Source: a virus
Lineage: Duplodnaviria > Heunggongvirae > Uroviricota > Caudoviricetes > Crassvirales
Direction: 5' to 3' (one strand)
DNA length: 64,000 nt
IMG/VR virus record: IMGVR_UViG_3300008267_000092
Span: 24,022 to 88,021 of that record
The translations under genes and the position numbers were made by a program. Under the pieces are notes generated by a model, which was not told the origin of the DNA, made no database searches, and saw only the letters and a list, made by a program, of their open reading frames with translations. Of this stretch, positions 58,815 to 64,000 are shown piece after piece. The stretch's first letter is position 1, and every line of letters starts with the position of its first letter.

Positions 58815-60320
58815 ATGTCTTTAGGTAAATTTGTAATGACCAAGGGTAAAGCTTGGTCAGGATTGACTCTAAAAAATCACATCGGTGCTATTTTTGGAAG
58901 TCAGCCACAATTAATCTCTCCACTAACAACTGTGTTGTTACAAAATTCAGGAATGAAAAATTTAGATACTACGTTATCATTATTTCCTGAAAAAGTTTTA
59001 AATACTGCTGACGATTTCGTTTGGAAAGTTGTAGGTAGTGATGAGAGAAATATTCCACTTGTTGAAGCAAGATTTCAAGGTGCTGTAGTTAACGGTGCTA
59101 GTGTAGGTGTGGGTGTTGCTAGAACAAAATTTCAATTAGTATTTGCTGAGAAGTGGTTTACTAAAATGCACGTAATTGCAGGACCTCGTCCAGATGTATA
59201 TCAAATCAGAATTCTTGAAGATGCGTATGAAGAAGGTACTAACTACATTTATGATTGTGAAGTTTGGGGTGGTCAAGAATCATTAGCTGGTATTCCTGGA
59301 GATGAACTTTTACCAGGTAACAGATTCTCTATCGAGGGTGCTCCTGTTGAGGATGAACTTTCTATCAAAGGTGCAGGTATTCAATTTACTTCTCCATACT
59401 TAATTAGAAACTCAGTTTCTACAATGCGTGTTGAGCATAAAGTATCTGGAGCAATGATTGATTGTAAAGTAGAGCCTGTATATTTTGCAGGTATTGAAAC
59501 AAGAGATCCTAACACTGGAAAAGTTCACAAGTCAAGCACTTGGATGCAGGAAGTTTACTGGCAGTTTGAAAAAGCATTCTCTCGTATTAAATCACGTACA
59601 ATTATGTTTGGTAAAACAAACCGTGATGAAAATGGTCGTTTCTTAAACAAAGGTAATGCTAACATTGAGATTAAAGCTGGTTCAGGTATTCGTGAGCAAA
59701 TGGAAGTATCTAATACAATTACTTACAACCGATTCTCTATGCGTCTTTTAGAAGATGTATTGTCTGAATTATCTGAAGGTAAATTAGATTGGACTGAAAG
59801 AAAGTTCATGTTGAGAACAGGAGAAAGAGGAGCTGCTCAATTTAATAGAGCTGCAACTGCTGCTGCTTCAGGATGGAAAGCTATCTTTGATAACACTAAC
59901 CAAAACGCAGTTAAACAAGTTTCATCTAAATTTAGTGAGAACGCATTTAAAGCAGGATTCCAATTTACAGAATGGATAGCACCTAATAACATTCACATTA
60001 TGTTAGAGGTAGATCCAATGTATGATGATAAAGTTCGTAATAAAATTTTACATCCTGATGGAGGAGTTGCTGAATCTTACAGATATGATATTCTTTATAT
60101 CGGTTCTATGGAAGAACCTAATATCCAAAAAGTAAAAGTACGTGGTGATGATGAATTACGTGGTTATATGGCAGGTATTAGAGATCCATTCTCTGGACGT
60201 AGAGGTGGTGTTATGCAATTGATGGAAGACTCTGCTACAATGACTGCAATGTGTGGTACTGGAGCAATGGTTAAAGATCCATCAAGAACAGCTACTTTAA
60301 AACCAGCGTTGTTAGATTAA
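58815..60320 (+). CDS. major capsid protein (putative)
   Basis: 501 aa, elevated GC/codon bias, strong terminator downstream, canonical position after portal/scaffold. Confidence 0.4.
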   Translation: MSLGKFVMTKGKAWSGLTLKNHIGAIFGSQPQLISPLTTVLLQNSGMKNLDTTLSLFPEKVLNTADDFVWKVVGSDERNIPLVEARFQGAVVNGASVGVGVARTKFQLVFAEKWFTKMHVIAGPRPDVYQIRILEDAYEEGTNYIYDCEVWGGQESLAGIPGDELLPGNRFSIEGAPVEDELSIKGAGIQFTSPYLIRNSVSTMRVEHKVSGAMIDCKVEPVYFAGIETRDPNTGKVHKSSTWMQEVYWQFEKAFSRIKSRTIMFGKTNRDENGRFLNKGNANIEIKAGSGIREQMEVSNTITYNRFSMRLLEDVLSELSEGKLDWTERKFMLRTGERGAAQFNRAATAAASGWKAIFDNTNQNAVKQVSSKFSENAFKAGFQFTEWIAPNNIHIMLEVDPMYDDKVRNKILHPDGGVAESYRYDILYIGSMEEPNIQKVKVRGDDELRGYMAGIRDPFSGRRGGVMQLMEDSATMTAMCGTGAMVKDPSRTATLKPALLD

Positions 60321-60336
60321 TAATATGTAGGTTTTT

Positions 60337-60368
60337 AGAGGTGTACCTTAAACACCTCTTAATTTTAA
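60337..60368 (+). terminator. rho-independent terminator AGAGGTGT-accttaa-ACACCTCT + T-tract
   Basis: 8-bp perfect stem. Confidence 0.6.
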
Positions 60369-60375
60369 TAAATTA

Positions 60376-61245
60376 ATGGGAGAAATAATGGGAGAAATTA
60401 CAAAAGAAAAAAAGTTTACTTTACCTGAAAAAATAGTTACAGTAAAATATATTCCTCGTAAAAAAGGAATGGCATCAAATGTTGGCGAAGATCACGTATT
60501 AGCTGGAGGAATGTTGAGTGGTTCAATAAAAAAGTTCCAAGCACCCTTGTTGAGAAATGGTTCAATTGTAAACATTTTAACGTCTGAAGAAAAAGAATAT
60601 CTTGAAGGAGTTACAGGTTTAAATTTATCAGTTTATGGTGAATTTTGGACAACACATTTTGTATCACTATTTAAAGACGATAATAGATTTGATTTAGGTA
60701 ATCCGATGGATTATATTTCATATAAAATTTTAACGTTTTTAAAAGATGATATATCACCTAATTGGGCAGATCGTAATAAAAAACAAACCTACCAATTTGT
60801 TGTTACAGATAGTGATGAAGAACTTTCTGAAAGAAAACAAACTTTTGACTTTAAGAAAAATGCTTTTAAACTTTATGGTAAAATTGAGGATGATAAAGAA
60901 AAACTTCTTAGTATTTTAAAACTTCTCACAAATAAACCAGTGTCTGAAGATACTTCTTTAAAATGGTTACAAACTAAAGTTGAGGAGCATCTAGATAAAG
61001 AACCAAAATCATTTGTAGAATTAATGACAGATTCTAATTTAGAAACTAAAATGTTAATTCAACTTGCTGAGGATAAAGGTGTTATCATTAAAGCTGGAAA
61101 TAAATATGCTACGGTAGATGGTTTAGATTTATGTGAAAATGGTCAAACCGCTTCTTTTGAAAATACTGTTACATATTTAAATAACCCAAAACATCAAGAA
61201 GTTAGAAGTCTAATTGAGGCTAAGATTTTAAAATCTAAAAAATAA
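60376..61245 (+). CDS. structural-module hypothetical protein
   Basis: 289 aa ORF. Confidence 0.45.
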   Translation: MGEIMGEITKEKKFTLPEKIVTVKYIPRKKGMASNVGEDHVLAGGMLSGSIKKFQAPLLRNGSIVNILTSEEKEYLEGVTGLNLSVYGEFWTTHFVSLFKDDNRFDLGNPMDYISYKILTFLKDDISPNWADRNKKQTYQFVVTDSDEELSERKQTFDFKKNAFKLYGKIEDDKEKLLSILKLLTNKPVSEDTSLKWLQTKVEEHLDKEPKSFVELMTDSNLETKMLIQLAEDKGVIIKAGNKYATVDGLDLCENGQTASFENTVTYLNNPKHQEVRSLIEAKILKSKK

Positions 61246-61247
61246 CT

Positions 61248-61985
61248 ATGACTACTGCTGAATTTAAAAATGAGTTTCAAATACACTATAATGCAATAGC
61301 ATCACAAAGTGCACCAGGGTTAGATGATTATGAAATAAGTCTTTTTCTAACTAAGGCTCAATTGGAAATTGTTAAGAATTATTATAATACCCTAGGTAAT
61401 AAGTATAAGAAAGGATTTGAAGGTTCAGAAAAAAGAAGAGTTGATTTAAAAGAACTTATTAAAACATATGAATCATCAACAATCATTTCCTCTACAGAGG
61501 GTATTGTGGATACTTCTAAATTTTTTAAAATACCCGATGATGTATTTTTAATTGTATATGAAAATGCAACATTAGGTGAAGATGTGTGTTACAAAGATAA
61601 ACAAATTAAAGTTATTCCTAAAACACATGATGAATTTAATATTCAATATAATAATCCTTTTAAACAACCTGATCATACTGTAGCATGGAGATTAAACGTG
61701 TCTAAAATAAATAATAATAAAGTTGTAGAATTAGTTTCTAAATATACAATTGACAAATATCAAATACGATATATTAAGTATCCAAGACCAATAATTCTAT
61801 CTAATTTTGACACAACATTTCCTAATGAGAATATTTCTATAGATGGTTATAAATTAGCTTATAGTTGTGAATTGGATGATAGTATCCATCGCGAAATAAT
61901 AGACCGTGCTGTAGAATTAGCGTTAAGGGATTATAAACCGTCTAACCTAGAAAGTAAAGTTCAGTTAGATCAACGAAATGAATAA
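61248..61985 (+). CDS. structural-module hypothetical protein
   Basis: 245 aa ORF. Confidence 0.45.
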   Translation: MTTAEFKNEFQIHYNAIASQSAPGLDDYEISLFLTKAQLEIVKNYYNTLGNKYKKGFEGSEKRRVDLKELIKTYESSTIISSTEGIVDTSKFFKIPDDVFLIVYENATLGEDVCYKDKQIKVIPKTHDEFNIQYNNPFKQPDHTVAWRLNVSKINNNKVVELVSKYTIDKYQIRYIKYPRPIILSNFDTTFPNENISIDGYKLAYSCELDDSIHREIIDRAVELALRDYKPSNLESKVQLDQRNE

Positions 61986-62011
61986 ATTATAAATAATAAA
62001 AATAAAAAATT

Positions 62012-63034
62012 ATGTTTGGACCAAATCAAGTTGGTGAATTAATTATTGGGGCAACCGCTTCTTCAAGCACTACCACACAAGATTTTGTAGCTAATGCTGC
62101 AGATAAAGCGTTGGTTGTACATTCTGAAAATGGTACAGTTGCTGCTGCAAATATACCATTTAGAGTATTACAAAAAACAGCAGGTGACGCAGGTAAGGGA
62201 TTAAATTACGAATTTTCAGATGTTGTAATTCCTAGAAATGTGGAGAAAGTAACAGTTGCTACATATGCACCTGAAATTCAAAAATCTGTAACTGTTTCAG
62301 GTTTTACAGGTAATGTACTTGCAAATACAACTTATGTTGCTGAAATTAGATTATATAACGACGGTGGTTCGTTATCACCTGAAAACTTTACAATCATTCA
62401 AGGATTTTATGTTACAGGTGCTTCAGTAACTGCTGAAACTGCAACTACAATTCGTGATGGACTATTGTCTTCTTTAAGAAAGAATATCATCAGAAGAGGT
62501 GATTTCGAATTTGCAACTGCTACAGTTGCATCACCTATTGGATTTACAATTGCAGGTAAAGTACAAAAAGTTGTTCCTGGTAAAATCATTGGTAAGCAAA
62601 TTGAATTTGATGTGACTGCTAAGACATATCAAAATCTTCAAGATTTAACACAACCTCAACAAAACTTAGGTTTACTTACAGCTGTAACTACAGCTAATAA
62701 CAACCCTGGTTCAGGTACTGCAAAAGCAGCTATCAATTACGAATGGTTTGTTAAAGGTGTTAAATATGAGCCTTACAGAGCAACAGGATATCCTGCAGAC
62801 TTTAATACACCGTATTATGCATCTGCTGCTGGATTGTATAACACAATTCAAGTTGTTTATTTTGCGGATCGTAAAGAAACTTCTGTTGAAAGACAATACA
62901 AAGTATTGACTATCATGGTTGATAAAGTAACTGATACTTTAGCAAACAACGCTGCAACAAACACTATCCTTACAAGTATTCGTACGGCTGTAGGAAGTAA
63001 TGCGGTAGTTCCTGCTAACTTAGCTGTAGCATAA
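62012..63034 (+). CDS. Thr/Ala/Val-rich abundant structural protein (major tail or head-decoration candidate)
   Basis: 340 aa, beta-rich low-charge composition, strong terminator directly downstream. Confidence 0.4.
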   Translation: MFGPNQVGELIIGATASSSTTTQDFVANAADKALVVHSENGTVAAANIPFRVLQKTAGDAGKGLNYEFSDVVIPRNVEKVTVATYAPEIQKSVTVSGFTGNVLANTTYVAEIRLYNDGGSLSPENFTIIQGFYVTGASVTAETATTIRDGLLSSLRKNIIRRGDFEFATATVASPIGFTIAGKVQKVVPGKIIGKQIEFDVTAKTYQNLQDLTQPQQNLGLLTAVTTANNNPGSGTAKAAINYEWFVKGVKYEPYRATGYPADFNTPYYASAAGLYNTIQVVYFADRKETSVERQYKVLTIMVDKVTDTLANNAATNTILTSIRTAVGSNAVVPANLAVA

Positions 63035-63053
63035 ACATTATAAAATTAACCTT

Positions 63054-63088
63054 AAAGGAAGAAGACATAAATCTTCTTCCTTTTTTTA
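63054..63088 (+). terminator. rho-independent terminator AAAGGAAGAAGA-cataaa-TCTTCTTCCTTT + T7
   Basis: 12-bp stem + U-tract. Confidence 0.7.
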
Positions 63089-63098
63089 TATCTATAAA

Positions 63099-63674
63099 AT
63101 GGTAAAAATAAACAATTTTGAAATATTAGAAGAAGGTGGTAAATTGGCAATTGATGTTGAAACTACTGTGGGATTTAGTATCACTTCTATTTTACTATGG
63201 GATAGTACAACTTTTAAAGATTATACAGCCGCAGTAGATTTATCATATAAGTTGGTAAATATTAATAATAAGGAAGTATTTTTTGTAACCGCTATAGAAT
63301 TAGGTATTACATCTTTTGATAATGTTAATTTTATAGAAGTTGAAACAAATGACACTACAGACACAAGTTGTGATACATGTCAACTTCCAACATTGGGAAT
63401 TACTTATAATTTAGCAGAATTTAAAACCTGTTTAATTAATTATATACTAGAACTTAAAAATACAGGATGTCCTACCTGTAATGGAGCTATGTTCAATGAC
63501 ACAGTGTTAATGATTAACCTCCTAATAGAAACAATAGAGAATTGTTTTGAAATAGGTTACTATACACAAGCTTTAGATGCGCTTGTAAAATTAAAAAAGA
63601 TATGTTCATTCAATACTTGTAAAGATTGTAAGACTGTAGCTTGTGCGTCTTGTAATAAATTTAAACAACACTAA
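63099..63674 (+). CDS. Cys-rich hypothetical structural protein
   Basis: 191 aa; CDTCQ, CPTCNG, CKDCKTVACASCNKF. Confidence 0.45.
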   Translation: MVKINNFEILEEGGKLAIDVETTVGFSITSILLWDSTTFKDYTAAVDLSYKLVNINNKEVFFVTAIELGITSFDNVNFIEVETNDTTDTSCDTCQLPTLGITYNLAEFKTCLINYILELKNTGCPTCNGAMFNDTVLMINLLIETIENCFEIGYYTQALDALVKLKKICSFNTCKDCKTVACASCNKFKQH

Positions 63675-63676
63675 TA

Positions 63677-64000
63677 TGTTACCAGTTAATGATAAAAATC
63701 ATACATCATTAGTAATAGGTTCAATTGAAAAGATTTACAACAAATCTAAAATTTATGGTAAGTTTAAAATTAAAAATTTATACTTTATAGATATAATTTC
63801 AAACTTATTAAAAAGTAAATGTGTAACACTAACTAATGAACAGACTAATGAATTATTATCAATTTATTATGCTGTAACTTTTCAATCTGATGAAATTTGT
63901 AGACCTACAATTTGTAAAACATATCAAACTTCAGCAAGACCTAAATTTATACAAGCCGATAGTGAAGATTGTAACGATGTACCTGCTTTTCCTAAAATAT
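63677..64000 (+). CDS. hypothetical protein (3' partial, runs off window)
   Basis: ATG at 63677, 108 codons with no stop to window end. Confidence 0.4.

Noticed and set aside
1-64000. CRISPR array, integrase/attachment site, or stop-codon-reassigned genetic code
   Set aside because: No regularly spaced direct repeats of 24-40 nt with unique spacers were seen, and no tyrosine or serine recombinase motifs. Long uninterrupted ORFs, including 2056-aa and 1373-aa ones, argue for the standard code. The helicase and polymerase interruptions are better explained by inserted introns or homing endonucleases than by read-through of reassigned stops.

Overview
This is an AT-rich (~30% GC), coding-dense segment of a large tailed dsDNA phage, most likely a crAss-like phage of a Bacteroidetes host. 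The inference rests on three things: giant virion-type ORFs, group-I-intron and homing-endonuclease-disrupted replication genes, and promoters matching the Bacteroidetes TTTG / TAnnTTTG consensus. The window has three transcriptional blocks.

**Block 1, + strand, 5-10804.** Two giant proteins flank a genuine ferritin. The first (>=2056 aa) has an RNAP-like DFDID loop and a C-terminal RecD-like helicase domain. The second (1373 aa) has an HExxH zincin motif.

**Block 2, - strand, ~10858-46215.** This is a long replication and nucleotide-metabolism block. It carries ThyX, a metallophosphoesterase, an SF2 helicase, NrdA, NrdB, dUTPase and a RecB-like nuclease. It also carries a 7-gene amide-bond ligase/peptidase cluster: two GCS2-like amidoligases, an ATP-grasp ligase, two class-I GATase/C26 peptidases, an Ntn class-II GATase and a GGCT. 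Further along are a primase, a tRNA-like locus, and a duplicated small-membrane-protein module with an inverted-repeat-bounded upstream element. Then come an SPFH lipoprotein, a Sak4-like ATPase, and a DnaB-like helicase interrupted by an intron-like ORF-bearing insertion. A family-B-like DNA polymerase follows, interrupted by a GIY-YIG gene plus a GC-rich intron-like core. Next are an HNH endonuclease beside a tRNA 3'-half remnant, and a GC-richer gene ending in a perfect terminator.

**Block 3, + strand, 46946-64000.** A ~730 bp divergent promoter/origin-like region, carrying Bacteroidetes-type promoters and a GC palindrome, precedes the early small genes. These are followed by PhoH, a GroEL-like chaperonin, terminase large subunit, portal, an acidic scaffold-like protein, a putative major capsid protein, and further structural genes with rho-independent terminators.

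No CRISPR array, integrase or rRNA was seen.
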